Shown here: one piece after another, positions 18,238-28,243 of the stretch
How positions within the stretch are numbered: the stretch's first letter is position 1
Layout of the letters: each line of letters begins with the position of its first letter
Assembly (NCBI GenBank): GCA_043805735.1
Contig: JAZDHS010000022.1
Location: 38,950 to 102,949, forward strand
DNA from: Candidatus Omnitrophota bacterium
GTDB lineage: Bacteria > Omnitrophota > Gorgyraeia > JAFGHF01
DNA: 64,000 bases
Direction: 5' to 3'
The notes under the pieces: generated by a model
The model's database searches: none
Told to the model about the DNA's origin: nothing
Seen by the model: the letters and a program-made list of their open reading frames with translations, nothing else
Made by a program: the position numbers and the translations under genes

Positions 18238-19089
18238 TTAGCGGTTATGGTTATTCACCAGCGCATCTCTGAGCGCCTCTTCCATCACTTCCACCGGTGG
18301 CTCGAACTCCAGCCAAATTTTAAAGGCCAGCACTCCCTGATATAAAAGCATCCCCAGGCCGTTAAATACGCCGTGGCAACCCTGGGCCTTAGCCGCCAGC
18401 AAAAGCGACGTTTGCGCCGGGTTGTAGATCAAATCATAAACCAGCATTTTAGAATGAAAAAGATCGGGGTTCAAAATCATCCGGTCATTACGATGCAGCC
18501 CCAGAGGTGTGGCATTAATCAGAAGCTCCGGCGCGTTGCCGAGCAGATCATTTGGTTCCTTGACGCTGTGTATCCAGCACTGGGAAAAATGGCCCTGTAT
18601 TTTATTCACCAAGGCATCGGTTTTTTCCTGGTCAATATCAAATAAGGCAATCTCGGAGGCATTCTGCCGGGCGAGCTGGCTCACCAGTGCCCGGGCCGCG
18701 CCGCCAGCGCCTAAAAGGGCTACGCGTTTATCGGCCGGATTAAACCCGACTATTGTTTTGAGGTGGTAAATAAACCCTAAGCCATCGGTATTAAATCCTT
18801 TGGTAGTCGCGTCCTCATTTACTTTGATCGTATTGACCGCGCCGATGAATTCGGCCTCTTCATCAATTTCATCCAAAAGGGTGAGTATTTTTTCTTTATG
18901 CGGGATGGTGACATTAAAACCACGCACGCCCTGTTTAATTTTTTGACGAAATTTTTCCTCTAAACCTGCCGGCTCGATTTCAAAGAGCTCATAGCGCGCA
19001 TCCAGGCCTAGGGCCGCAAAAGCGGCATTGTGCATCAGCGCCGAATAACTGTGTTTTACCGGAAAACCGATTAAACCAAAAAGTTTCAT
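18238..19089 (-). CDS. aroE: Shikimate dehydrogenase
   Basis: GFNVTIPHK, GAVNT, NTDG, GAGGAARA and GMLLYQG motifs. Confidence 0.95.
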   Translation of the reverse strand: MKLFGLIGFPVKHSYSALMHNAAFAALGLDARYELFEIEPAGLEEKFRQKIKQGVRGFNVTIPHKEKILTLLDEIDEEAEFIGAVNTIKVNEDATTKGFNTDGLGFIYHLKTIVGFNPADKRVALLGAGGAARALVSQLARQNASEIALFDIDQEKTDALVNKIQGHFSQCWIHSVKEPNDLLGNAPELLINATPLGLHRNDRMILNPDLFHSKMLVYDLIYNPAQTSLLLAAKAQGCHGVFNGLGMLLYQGVLAFKIWLEFEPPVEVMEEALRDALVNNHNR

Positions 19090-19110
19090 TTTTTAGCCTA
19101 TACTTATTAA

Positions 19111-19137
19111 TATGGGCGAGTAAACCACTCGCCCATA
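19111..19137 (-). terminator. Hairpin downstream of leuA, possible weak terminator
   Basis: TATGGGCGAGT/ACTCGCCCATA stem; poor U-tract. Confidence 0.45.
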
Positions 19138-19170
19138 GTCAAGAATTCACCTAGTAAGAAAATACCTGCT

Positions 19171-20682
19171 TTATTTTCTTTGCAGCAGTTTATTAATCGC
19201 ATCTAGATAAGCGCAGGCTGAAGCCTCAATGATATCTGTCCTGGAGGAGTGGCCGAAAATTTCCTTACCCTTGGCCTGTATCGTCAGGCGCACTTCACCC
19301 AGCGCATCCTTACCTCTGGTGACCGCCTGAATCGAATAATCCAGCAGCTTACCCTTAATGCCCGTAATTTTATCGATCGCCTTATAACAGGCATCTACCG
19401 GCCCGTCGCCCCTAGATTCGGCGCTGCGCACCTTTGTTTTCGACCTTAAGGTGATGCGGGCCGAAGGGGTAATTTTATTACCGCTGGTAACTTTCAACTC
19501 GACCAGTTGCCAGATTTTAGGAATGACCGATATCTCTTCTTCAACTAAGGCAATCAAGTCTTCATCAAAGACTTCTTTTTTCTTATCGGCCAGATTTTTA
19601 AAACGCTCGAAAAACAGCTTGTCGATTTGTCCGGCTGAAAGATGAAATCCCAGCTTTCCCAGGCGTTCCGAAAAGGCATGACGTCCCGAATGCTTTCCTA
19701 AAACCAATCCGCCACCAATTGCCAAACCGATGTCTTGCGAGCGCATAATCTCGTAGGTGCTTCGGCTTTTCAGCACCCCATCCTGATGGATTCCTGCCTC
19801 ATGGCGAAAGGCATTCTGCCCGACGATGGCCTTATTTGGCTGCACGACAATGCCAGTGAGTTTGCTCACCAAACGCGAGGTCTTGTAAATCTCCTGAGTA
19901 TTAATCGTGGTAGTTTTATGCAAAAAATCCCGGCGCGTGCGCAGGGCCATCACGATTTCTTCCAACGAGGCATTGCCGGCGCGCTCACCCAGGCCATTGA
20001 CCGTACATTCTACCTGACCGGCGCCACTGGCAATCGCGGCCAGTGAGTTAGCCACACCTAAGCCTAAGTCATTATGGCAATGAACGCTTAATACGGCCCG
20101 ATTAATATTGGGTACATTTTCTTTTATCCCTTTGATCAGCCGACTGAATTCATCAGGGACGGTATAGCCGACGGTATCGGGAATATTAATTGTTTTTGCG
20201 CCGGCTTTAATCGCTGTCTCGACTACCCGATAGAGAAACTCTTTTTCGGTACGCGTGGCATCTTCCGGTGAAAATTCGACATCGTTAACCAAAGTTCGCG
20301 CATATTGCACAAACTCCGCGCTCATGCGCAGGATTTCCTCTTTGGCTTTATTCAACTTATATTGGCGGTGTATTTTGGAAGTGGCTAAAAAAACGTGAAT
20401 GCGTTTACGCCGTGCCGAACACAGCGCCTGGGCCGCGGTATCAATATCTTTTTTAATCGCCCGGGCCAAGGCGCAAATAACCGGGCCCTTAACTTTCTCA
20501 CCCACCAATTTTACGGCCGCAAAATCGCCGGGTGAGGAAATCGGAAAACCGGCCTCGATGACATTAACACCCAATTTGACCAGCTGATGGGCAATCTCTA
20601 ACTTCTTCTGAGTATCCAGGCTTGCCCCGGGCGACTGCTCCCCATCCCTTAAAGTTGTATCAAAAATTATTATTTTTTCCAT
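19171..20682 (-). CDS. leuA: 2-isopropylmalate synthase
   Basis: FDTTLRDGEQ, HCHNDLG, GERAGN and GDGPVDA motifs. Confidence 0.96.
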   Translation of the reverse strand: MEKIIIFDTTLRDGEQSPGASLDTQKKLEIAHQLVKLGVNVIEAGFPISSPGDFAAVKLVGEKVKGPVICALARAIKKDIDTAAQALCSARRKRIHVFLATSKIHRQYKLNKAKEEILRMSAEFVQYARTLVNDVEFSPEDATRTEKEFLYRVVETAIKAGAKTINIPDTVGYTVPDEFSRLIKGIKENVPNINRAVLSVHCHNDLGLGVANSLAAIASGAGQVECTVNGLGERAGNASLEEIVMALRTRRDFLHKTTTINTQEIYKTSRLVSKLTGIVVQPNKAIVGQNAFRHEAGIHQDGVLKSRSTYEIMRSQDIGLAIGGGLVLGKHSGRHAFSERLGKLGFHLSAGQIDKLFFERFKNLADKKKEVFDEDLIALVEEEISVIPKIWQLVELKVTSGNKITPSARITLRSKTKVRSAESRGDGPVDACYKAIDKITGIKGKLLDYSIQAVTRGKDALGEVRLTIQAKGKEIFGHSSRTDIIEASACAYLDAINKLLQRK

Positions 20683-20712
20683 TGGTTTTGTCCATAAACT
20701 ATAAACAATAAA

Positions 20713-21705
20713 CTACTTCATCCATGGCATCATTTCCCTTAGCCGCTTCCCCACCTCTTCAATTTTGTGCCCTGCTTCTTTCTTGCGCATCTCGTTAAAT
20801 TTGGGCCGCCCGGCTTCGTTTTCTTTTATCCACTCACGGGCAAATTTTCCCGTCTGCACGTCTTTAAGCATCTTTTTCATTCTTTTTCTGGTCTGATCAT
20901 TTATGATCACCTTGCCACGGGTCATATCTCCATATTCCGCTGTATCGGAAACCCGCTGGCGCATCCCCTGAATGCCATATTGATAAATCAGGTCGGTAAT
21001 CAATTTTAACTCGTGCAGACATTCAAAATAAGCGATCTCCGGCTGATATCCGGCTTCGACGAGAGTATCAAAACCAGCCTTAACCAATTCCGAGGCTCCG
21101 CCGCAAAGTACCGCCTGTTCGCCAAAAAGATCAGTTTCGGTCTCTTCGGCAAAGGTCGTTTCAATAACTCCGGCTCGCGTAGCGCCAATTCCTTTGGCAT
21201 AGGCCAGGCCTAATTGCTTGGCTTGTCCTGAGGCATCCTGAAACACGGCCAAAAGCGAAGGCACGCCCTTACCTTCTTCATACATCCGGCGCACCAACGC
21301 ACCCGGTCCTTTGGGAGCAACCATAAACACATCTACTTTTTTCGGTGGGCGAATTTGCTTAAAGCGGATATTAAACCCGTGCGAAAACACCAGGGCCTTA
21401 GCCTTAGTCAAATGCTCCCGGATCGACTCGTCATAAACTTTCTTTTGGGCATGGTCCTGGGTGAGAATTTGAATAATTTCGGCGCTTTGTGCGGCCTCCG
21501 CGGCTGGAACAGGATTAAAACCGTCTTGTTTGGCTTGCTCATAATTCGGCGTGCCGGGTAGCTCCGAAACAATTACCTGTAAGCCCGAATCGCGCAGGTT
21601 TAAGCCCTGGCCTCTTCCCTGAATGCCATAACCGATAATCGCGATTTTTTTGTCTTTGATTATCCCTAAATCCGCGTCTTTGTCGTAGTAAATCTTTGCC
21701 ATCAT
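20713..21705 (-). CDS. ilvC: Ketol-acid reductoisomerase
   Basis: [22 protein letters not shown] and [16 protein letters not shown] motifs. Confidence 0.97.
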   Translation of the reverse strand: MMAKIYYDKDADLGIIKDKKIAIIGYGIQGRGQGLNLRDSGLQVIVSELPGTPNYEQAKQDGFNPVPAAEAAQSAEIIQILTQDHAQKKVYDESIREHLTKAKALVFSHGFNIRFKQIRPPKKVDVFMVAPKGPGALVRRMYEEGKGVPSLLAVFQDASGQAKQLGLAYAKGIGATRAGVIETTFAEETETDLFGEQAVLCGGASELVKAGFDTLVEAGYQPEIAYFECLHELKLITDLIYQYGIQGMRQRVSDTAEYGDMTRGKVIINDQTRKRMKKMLKDVQTGKFAREWIKENEAGRPKFNEMRKKEAGHKIEEVGKRLREMMPWMK

Positions 21706-21717
21706 TTCCCCCTTGTA

Positions 21718-22191
21718 TTATCGGCTCATGGCGATGCGGCCGGTGCGCACGATTTCTTTAATTTCGAAGTTCTTCAGCAACTCCAAAAACGTATGAATCT
21801 TATTTTGATCGCCGACCACTTCCAGAGTTAGGGCATTAGTCGCGGCCTCATCGATCTTGGCCTCTAAAGTCTGGGCAATTTCCAGAAGCTGTGGACGGAT
21901 CTTTGGCGTCACCACCACTTTGACTAATACCAACTCTCGGTCAATAAAATTTTCGCCAGTCAAATCCTGGACCCTGATCGTATCGACTAATTTGTTCAGC
22001 TGTTTCTTAATCTGCTCGAGGATCTTTTCATCCGGGGCATTGACCACAATAGTCATCTGGGAAACTGTGGGATCATTAGTCGGGCTAACCGATAAAGAAT
22101 CAATATTAAAGCCGCGCGCGGCAAACAAACCGGCCACCCGCGCCAAAACCCCAAATTTATTTTCCACTAAGACCGAGAATATATGTTTCAC
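21718..22191 (-). CDS. ilvN: Acetolactate synthase small subunit
   Basis: SVLVENKFGVLARV..RGFNIDSL and EQIKKQLNKL motifs; GTG start supplied by Family A copy 2. Confidence 0.95.
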   Translation of the reverse strand: MKHIFSVLVENKFGVLARVAGLFAARGFNIDSLSVSPTNDPTVSQMTIVVNAPDEKILEQIKKQLNKLVDTIRVQDLTGENFIDRELVLVKVVVTPKIRPQLLEIAQTLEAKIDEAATNALTLEVVGDQNKIHTFLELLKNFEIKEIVRTGRIAMSR

Positions 22192-22318
22192 CCCGCTCTT
22201 CCTTTCCAGGCATTGCCAATATAAATATTGCCTTTGCTTAATTTCATCTGCATTGCCTAAACCTTTCTGGCTATGCTTATGTTTGTTACGATCGCTTGTT
22301 TAGGAAGGGCGGGGTTCA
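22187..22318 (-). mobile_element. Family A junction element, copy 2 (128-bp insert)
   Basis: TGAA-CCCCGCCCTTCCT...AGGAAGAGCGGGG-TGAA between ilvB and ilvN. Confidence 0.8.
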
Positions 22319-23992
22319 TCAGGCCAGCCCTCCTCCGATCATCCGGTTAATCGCTTCGCCGGCCGGTACCATCGGAAAGACGTTTTCTTCTTTTTCGACC
22401 ACGAAATCGAGAATCACCGGCTTATCCTTGATCGCCAGGGCCTTTTTGAGCGCGGCGCGCACATCCTTTTTCTTATCGATGCGCAATCCCAGCGCGCCAT
22501 AAGCTTCGGCCAGCTTCACGAAGTCCGGGTTAACGAGATTGGTATAGGAATATCTTTTCTTATAGAACAGTTCCTGCCATTGGCGAACCATACCGAGATA
22601 GCTATTGTTCAGGATAGCAATCTTAATCGGCAATTTATTATTCACCGCGGTGGCCAGTTCCTGAATATTCATCTGAATACTGCCGTCTCCGGCAATATCA
22701 AAGACGATCGCCTTGGGTTTTCCCAGTTGTGCGCCGATCGCCGCGGGAAAACCGTATCCCATCGTACCTAGGCCACCGCTGGAAATAAAACTGCGCGGTT
22801 CGATATATTGATAATACTGCGCCGCCCACATCTGATTTTGGCCTACTTCGGTCGTAATAATCGCTTTCCCTTTGGTAAGCTCAGAAATTTGTTCGACGAC
22901 ATACTGCGGACGCAACTTATTGTCGTCTTTATACTTTAAGGGATGCTTTTGTTTCCATTGTTTGACTTTCTCATCCCAGGCCGCAATCTGCGGTTTTTGG
23001 ACGATTTTATTCAACTGGGTCAAAATATTTTTAGCGTCGCCGACTATCGGAATATCCACTTCCACGTTTTTGCTGATTGCCGAAGGGTCGATATCAATAT
23101 GAATAATCTTAGCGTGCGGGGCAAAGGCATCAAGCCGGCCGGTAACACGGTCATCAAAGCGGGCACCCACGGCAATAATTAAATCCGCCTCCATAATCGC
23201 GTGGTTGGCGTAAGCGGTGCCGTGCATGCCAAGCATCCCTAAAGAAAGCTTATGCGTTCCGGGAAAACAACCCAGTCCTAAAAGCGTAGTGGTGACCGGA
23301 ATTGCCGTTTTTTCCGCTAGCTTTCTCAATTCCTCGGAGGCCTCGGAAAGAATCACCCCGCCGCCGGCATAGATAATCGGCCTTTTGCTTTCGGAAATTA
23401 TCTTTGCCGCACGTTTAATCTGTCCGGGATGGCCGGTAATTGTCGGCTTATATCCGCGTAAATCCGGATCCTTCGGATAATGGAATTCACATTCGGCACT
23501 GGCGACATCAGACGGTAAATCAATTAGCACCGGGCCCGGCCGTCCGGTCCGCGCGATAAAAAAGGCGTTTTTGATCGTCTGGGCCAACTCGCGCACATCC
23601 TTGACCAAGTAATTGTGTTTGGTGATCGAACGGGTAACCCCGGTCACATCGGCCTCTTGAAAGGCATCATTTCCGATCAGGTGCGTTTTCACCTGGCCGG
23701 TAATTGCCACTACGGGAATGGAATCCATATAGGCCGTAGCCAAACCGGTGACTAAATTGGTCGCCCCTGGCCCGGAAGTAGCCAGACAGACGCCGACCTT
23801 ACCGGTAGCCCGGGCATAGCCGTCGGCCGCGTGCGCCGCGCCCTGTTCATGCCGGGTCAAAATCAATTTAATCTCGGCATCATAAAGTACATCAAAAATA
23901 GCCAGCACCTGCCCTCCGGGATAGCCAAAAATTATCTTCACCCCTTCGTGCTGCAGGCTTTCGATGAGAATCTTTGCGCCGCTGAGTTTCAC
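22319..23992 (-). CDS. ilvB: Acetolactate synthase large subunit
   Basis: [23 protein letters not shown] and [12 protein letters not shown] motifs; GTG start supplied by Family A copy 3. Confidence 0.96.
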   Translation of the reverse strand: MKLSGAKILIESLQHEGVKIIFGYPGGQVLAIFDVLYDAEIKLILTRHEQGAAHAADGYARATGKVGVCLATSGPGATNLVTGLATAYMDSIPVVAITGQVKTHLIGNDAFQEADVTGVTRSITKHNYLVKDVRELAQTIKNAFFIARTGRPGPVLIDLPSDVASAECEFHYPKDPDLRGYKPTITGHPGQIKRAAKIISESKRPIIYAGGGVILSEASEELRKLAEKTAIPVTTTLLGLGCFPGTHKLSLGMLGMHGTAYANHAIMEADLIIAVGARFDDRVTGRLDAFAPHAKIIHIDIDPSAISKNVEVDIPIVGDAKNILTQLNKIVQKPQIAAWDEKVKQWKQKHPLKYKDDNKLRPQYVVEQISELTKGKAIITTEVGQNQMWAAQYYQYIEPRSFISSGGLGTMGYGFPAAIGAQLGKPKAIVFDIAGDGSIQMNIQELATAVNNKLPIKIAILNNSYLGMVRQWQELFYKKRYSYTNLVNPDFVKLAEAYGALGLRIDKKKDVRAALKKALAIKDKPVILDFVVEKEENVFPMVPAGEAINRMIGGGLA

Positions 23993-24119
23993 CCCGCCCT
24001 TCCTTTCACGGTATTACCAATATAAACATTACTTTTGCTTAATTTTATCTGCATTGCTTAAACCTTTTTATTCCCGCCTTTGCTTATATGCGTTGCTTGT
24101 TTAGGAAGGGCGGGGTTCA
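23988..24119 (-). mobile_element. Family A junction element, copy 3 (128-bp insert)
   Basis: TGAA-CCCCGCCCTTCCT...AGGAAGGGCGGGG-TGAA between ilvD and ilvB. Confidence 0.8.
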
Positions 24120-25769
24120 TTTCAGAATTGCTCCTTCATTGGCCTGCGAGACTAACCGGGCATAACGATATAAGTACCCTTCGCTCACTTTCGGCTGCGG
24201 GGCTTTCCAGCTCGCCAAGCGCTCATTAATCTCCCTCTGGCTTAACTTCACTTCTAATTTGCGATTCGGCAGATCAATAGTAATGATATCGCCGTCCTTA
24301 ATGATCGCTAAAGGACCACCCACGGCCGCTTCCGGGGCAATGTGTCCGATACAAGGCCCGCGCGTACCGCCGGAGAATCTACCGTCGGTAATCAGGGCCA
24401 CGCTTTCGGCCAGGCCCATTCCCACTACGGCCGCCGTTGGTGAAAGCATTTCGCGCATCCCCGGGCCGCCTTTGGGCCCTTCATAGCGGATGACAATCAC
24501 TTCGCCGCGGCGGATTTTACCCTCTAAGATTACCCGCATCGCTTCTTCTTCGGTATTAAAACAGCGAGCGACGCCGCTAAAATGCTGCATTTTCTTGCCC
24601 ACGGCCGACTGTTTTACCACTGCCCCATCAGGAGCAAGATTGCCTTTTAAAATAGCAATACCGCCTTCGCTATGATAAGGATTGCTCAAACGTCGGATCA
24701 CCTCTTCGTTATACACCGGGGCGCTGGCGGCAATTTGCTGCACAGTTTTACCGCTAACGGTAGGCAGATTATGCAATTTATCTTTTAGCCGTTTAAAAAT
24801 GGCCGGTATTCCGCCGGCGGCATCAAAGTCTTCCATAAAATATTCGCCCCCAGGGAGTAAATCGACGATATGCGGCACCTGCCGGCTGATTTTATCAAAG
24901 GTCTCTAAGGTTAAACTCAGGCCAAATTCCCGGGCGATGGCCATAAGGTGCAGCACCGAGTTGGAGGAACCGCCCAGAGCCATATCGACTATAATCGCAT
25001 TTTCCAGGGTCTGTTTTTTCACTATGGTCCGCGGCAAGACGTTACGGCGCACTAACTGCACAATTTGTTCGCCGCTTAAAGAGGCAATTCTATCCTTACG
25101 GGCCGAAACGGCCAAAGCGCTGGCGCACCCCGGCAGAGAAAGCCCGATCGCTTCAGTTAGACAGCTCATCGTATTGGCGGTATAAAGCCCCTGGCAAGAA
25201 CCGGCTCCGGGGCAGGCCTCAATTTCCAAATTATTCAACTCATCCTGGGAGATTTCCCCTTTTTTAAATCTGGCCAGGGCCTCAAAGCTATCCTTCACTA
25301 AAGACAAGCGCCGCTGTTTATATCTTCCTGAAATCATCGGACCGGCCGTAACCACGATCGCGGGGATATTGAGCCGGCCGATAGCCATCAGCATGCCGGG
25401 TGTAATTTTATCACAGTTAGTCAGGCAGACCAACCCGTCAAAACAGTGCGCGCGGACCATCGTTTCCACGCAGTCGGCGATTAATTCCCGGGAGGCCAGC
25501 GAATATTTCATCCCCTGATGGCCCATAGCAATACCGTCGCAGATTCCGGGCACGCCGAAGAAAAACGGCACTCCGCCTCCTGAGCAAACCCCCCGTTCAA
25601 TAAAGCGCTCCAGGCGGCGCATCCCAATGTGCCCAGGTATAATATCGCTAAAGCTGCTAGCCACACCGATAAAAGGCTTGCGCATTTCGGCACGGGTAAT
25701 CCCGGTAGCATAGAGTAAAGCCCGATTACCGGTGCGTTCCAGACCTTTCTTGATTCGATCGCTTCTCAT
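24117..25769 (-). CDS. ilvD: Dihydroxy-acid dehydratase
   Basis: [27 protein letters not shown] and TDGRFSGGT motifs. Confidence 0.97.
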   Translation of the reverse strand: MRSDRIKKGLERTGNRALLYATGITRAEMRKPFIGVASSFSDIIPGHIGMRRLERFIERGVCSGGGVPFFFGVPGICDGIAMGHQGMKYSLASRELIADCVETMVRAHCFDGLVCLTNCDKITPGMLMAIGRLNIPAIVVTAGPMISGRYKQRRLSLVKDSFEALARFKKGEISQDELNNLEIEACPGAGSCQGLYTANTMSCLTEAIGLSLPGCASALAVSARKDRIASLSGEQIVQLVRRNVLPRTIVKKQTLENAIIVDMALGGSSNSVLHLMAIAREFGLSLTLETFDKISRQVPHIVDLLPGGEYFMEDFDAAGGIPAIFKRLKDKLHNLPTVSGKTVQQIAASAPVYNEEVIRRLSNPYHSEGGIAILKGNLAPDGAVVKQSAVGKKMQHFSGVARCFNTEEEAMRVILEGKIRRGEVIVIRYEGPKGGPGMREMLSPTAAVVGMGLAESVALITDGRFSGGTRGPCIGHIAPEAAVGGPLAIIKDGDIITIDLPNRKLEVKLSQREINERLASWKAPQPKVSEGYLYRYARLVSQANEGAILK

Positions 25770-25844
25770 ACGCTTCTCCTAATAGTTTTATCACTAGCGC
25801 TTACCGGTAGCTAAGTTACGCCATCACCCGGCAAAAACAATGGT

Positions 25845-25872
25845 ATTATACCACGCAAGCGCTAATTGTCAA
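25845..25872 (-). promoter_or_regulatory. Sigma70 promoter of the ilvD-ilvB-ilvN-ilvC-leuA operon
   Basis: Perfect TTGACA-16 nt-TATAAT; the -35 box overlaps the alr stop codon. Confidence 0.75.
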
Positions 25873-26996
25873 TACTTATAAACTCTTGGAACACGATTAG
25901 TTATGGAGCAGACAATTTCGTAGGGAATGGTTTTAGACACGCGCGCGATCTCTTCAGTACGCATTTCGGCCTGGCGCTGGCGCCCGATCAGCACTACTTC
26001 ATCGCCAATCTTGACCCCTTTAATGTGGCTGACATCAACCATGGTCTGGTCCATCGTCACTTTGCCGACCACCGGCGCCTTTTGCCCCCGTACTAAAACC
26101 GAGGCCCGGTTGGAAAGAATACGGCCATACCCATCGGCATAGCCAATGGGTAAAGTCGCAATACGTGAGGTTTTTTCGGTAATAAAAGTGCGGCCATAGC
26201 TGATTGACCTGCCTGGCGGCACAGTCTTCAAGAAGCTGATTTTCGTTTTTAGCGCAAGCGCGGGCTTGAGTTTTAAGATCCGGTTAAAATTACGCTTCGG
26301 ATACATCCCGTAAACGATAATCCCCGGCCGCACTAAATTGAAATGTGACTTTTTAAGATCAACCAAGGCAATGCTATTGGCCGCATGCCGGTACTGAAAA
26401 TGGATATTGTTCTCCTGGAGCCTCTGCAATAAATGCTCGAATGACTGCAATTGGTAGTTGGTAAAAAAGTTATCGCGCGAGGCGCTGGCAAAATGCATAT
26501 AAATACCCTCAACGTGAAGATGCGGCATCTTCTTAATTGCCTTGATAAATTCCAGGGCCTCTTCGTGCCAAACGCCAATCCGGCCCATTCCGGTATCGAT
26601 CTTAATGTGCACGGCGGCAATTTTGTTCAGTTCGGCGGCTTTCTTTTCTAATGCGCTGGCCAGTTCGCTATTGCAAAGTGTTAGGGTAATATCGTAAGCA
26701 ATGGCATTGCCCGCCTCTTCCGGTAATACCGAACCTAGAACCAGCACCGGAGGTTTCACTTTAGCCTTGCGCAGCGTAATCGCCTCGTCTAAGGTCGCCA
26801 CCCCCAGGTAGTCCACCCCTAAGGCTTCTAAAGTACGCGATACCGGAATAATTCCGTGGCCGTAAGCATTGGCCTTGACCACGACCATAATTTTAGGCGC
26901 GTTTTTTTTGCCGGCCCCAATTAATTTACGGATGCGCAGCAAATTATATTTAATCGCGCCTAAATCAATTTCTACCCATGTCGGCCGGGACGTCAT
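25869..26996 (-). CDS. alr: Alanine racemase
   Basis: VVKANAYGHG, KIDTGMGRIG, HAANS and GYADG motifs. Confidence 0.96.
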   Translation of the reverse strand: MTSRPTWVEIDLGAIKYNLLRIRKLIGAGKKNAPKIMVVVKANAYGHGIIPVSRTLEALGVDYLGVATLDEAITLRKAKVKPPVLVLGSVLPEEAGNAIAYDITLTLCNSELASALEKKAAELNKIAAVHIKIDTGMGRIGVWHEEALEFIKAIKKMPHLHVEGIYMHFASASRDNFFTNYQLQSFEHLLQRLQENNIHFQYRHAANSIALVDLKKSHFNLVRPGIIVYGMYPKRNFNRILKLKPALALKTKISFLKTVPPGRSISYGRTFITEKTSRIATLPIGYADGYGRILSNRASVLVRGQKAPVVGKVTMDQTMVDVSHIKGVKIGDEVVLIGRQRQAEMRTEEIARVSKTIPYEIVCSITNRVPRVYKY

Positions 26997-27022
26997 TGTT
27001 ATTAAAAGCCCCTCTGTAACGT

Positions 27023-27087
27023 TAGGTTGTAGGTAATAGGTGATCGGTTGTAGTTTTTTCCTACTACCTACTCCCTACGTCCTACCA
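27023..27087. repeat. Inverted pair of degenerate heptamer arrays
   Basis: TAGGTTG TAGGTAA TAGGTGA TCGGTTG followed by CCTACTA CCTACTC CCTACGT CCTACCA. Confidence 0.75.
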
Positions 27088-27778
27088 CCTTTTTGATCTG
27101 GCAATCCTTGGGATAAAGATAAAGCGGCACCAGTCGATCGGCATCGTCGCATTCGCCGCGGGAAAAACGCGCTACACTTAAGTCCACCCCGGCCGGCGCG
27201 CGCGGATACCAATACCTTTGCGGAGCAAAGTGAACCTCGCCGGCATAGCTTTTCTTTATTTGCTGGTCATGAAGCGTCAGCGCGTCGCCTAAAAACAGCA
27301 CATTTTCCGGAAGCCGCGCCAGGAGCGCCTCAAAAGGTAACAGGGCATACGCCAAGATGCGCTTAGGTGCCCCGTTTTTAAAAGCATAAAGGCTGGTATA
27401 AACCTTGTTTTGCTTGGCGTCCACTATCGGGCAGATATAGGCGCACTGTTTTTGCCGGCAGAGTACCTTGGCCCCCTGTGCGAGAATATCCAAACTGGGA
27501 ATTGCCACTACCGGTTTGTTCCAGATATAGGCTAATCCCTTGATCGTGGTAATGCCGATGCGTAATCCCGTAAATGAACCTGGCCCCTTGCCGACAGAAA
27601 AACCGTCAATGTCTTTTAAAGAAAGGCGGGCTTGTTTTAACAGCGCCGCGATATTTAAGGTCAGGCGGGCCGAATGCCGGCGATCGAGCAGCGAATGCCG
27701 CTGCGCCAGCATCTTGCCGTCTCGCGCAAGGCCTAAGCTTAAATATTTACTGGAGGTATCTAAAAAAAGGATGCGCAT
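27068..27778 (-). CDS. tsaB: tRNA t6A biosynthesis protein TsaB
   Basis: LDTS, GPGSFTGLRIG and P.Y motifs. Confidence 0.94.
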   Translation of the reverse strand: MRILFLDTSSKYLSLGLARDGKMLAQRHSLLDRRHSARLTLNIAALLKQARLSLKDIDGFSVGKGPGSFTGLRIGITTIKGLAYIWNKPVVAIPSLDILAQGAKVLCRQKQCAYICPIVDAKQNKVYTSLYAFKNGAPKRILAYALLPFEALLARLPENVLFLGDALTLHDQQIKKSYAGEVHFAPQRYWYPRAPAGVDLSVARFSRGECDDADRLVPLYLYPKDCQIKKVVGRRE

Positions 27779-27784
27779 TGCCGG

Positions 27785-28243
27785 TTAAGTTTTCATTAAA
27801 GCCATAACTTTTTCATAACGTTTGCTCAAAGGGCGCAGGGTAATTGCCCTTTTGGTTGGCCCTTTGAGCTCTAAATGCACCTGCAGATAATCAGGAAGCA
27901 GCATTTTCATTTTTTCCGCCCATTCAATAACACAAACCCCCTGGTCAAAAAGATATTCCTCTACACCTAAAAGCCGGATATCGGCGGTGAGATCTAGACG
28001 GTATAAATCGAAGTGAAACAGCGGAATCCGCCCGGAGTATTCTTTAATTAAGACGAATGTTGGGCTGGAAATTTCTTCTTTTTCCTTCACGCCTAAACCT
28101 AAGGCAATGCCTTTGACCAGTGTAGTCTTGCCCGCGCCCAATTCTCCAATCAGGCCAAGGATATCCCCCGCTTGTAAATGGGTGCCTAAGGCCCGGCCGA
28201 GATCAATCGTTTCTTGTGCAGAATTGGTGGTGAAGTTCATCAA
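27785..28243 (-). CDS. tsaE: tRNA t6A biosynthesis ATPase TsaE
   Basis: GELGAGKT, SPTF, HFDLYRL and IEWAE motifs. Confidence 0.95.
   Translation of the reverse strand: MMNFTTNSAQETIDLGRALGTHLQAGDILGLIGELGAGKTTLVKGIALGLGVKEKEEISSPTFVLIKEYSGRIPLFHFDLYRLDLTADIRLLGVEEYLFDQGVCVIEWAEKMKMLLPDYLQVHLELKGPTKRAITLRPLSKRYEKVMALMKT

Noticed and set aside
25770-25840. Attenuator leader peptide or T-box upstream of ilvD
   Set aside because: The leader is only ~70 nt, with no ATG-initiated Ile/Leu/Val-rich ORF, T-box motif or terminator hairpin visible.
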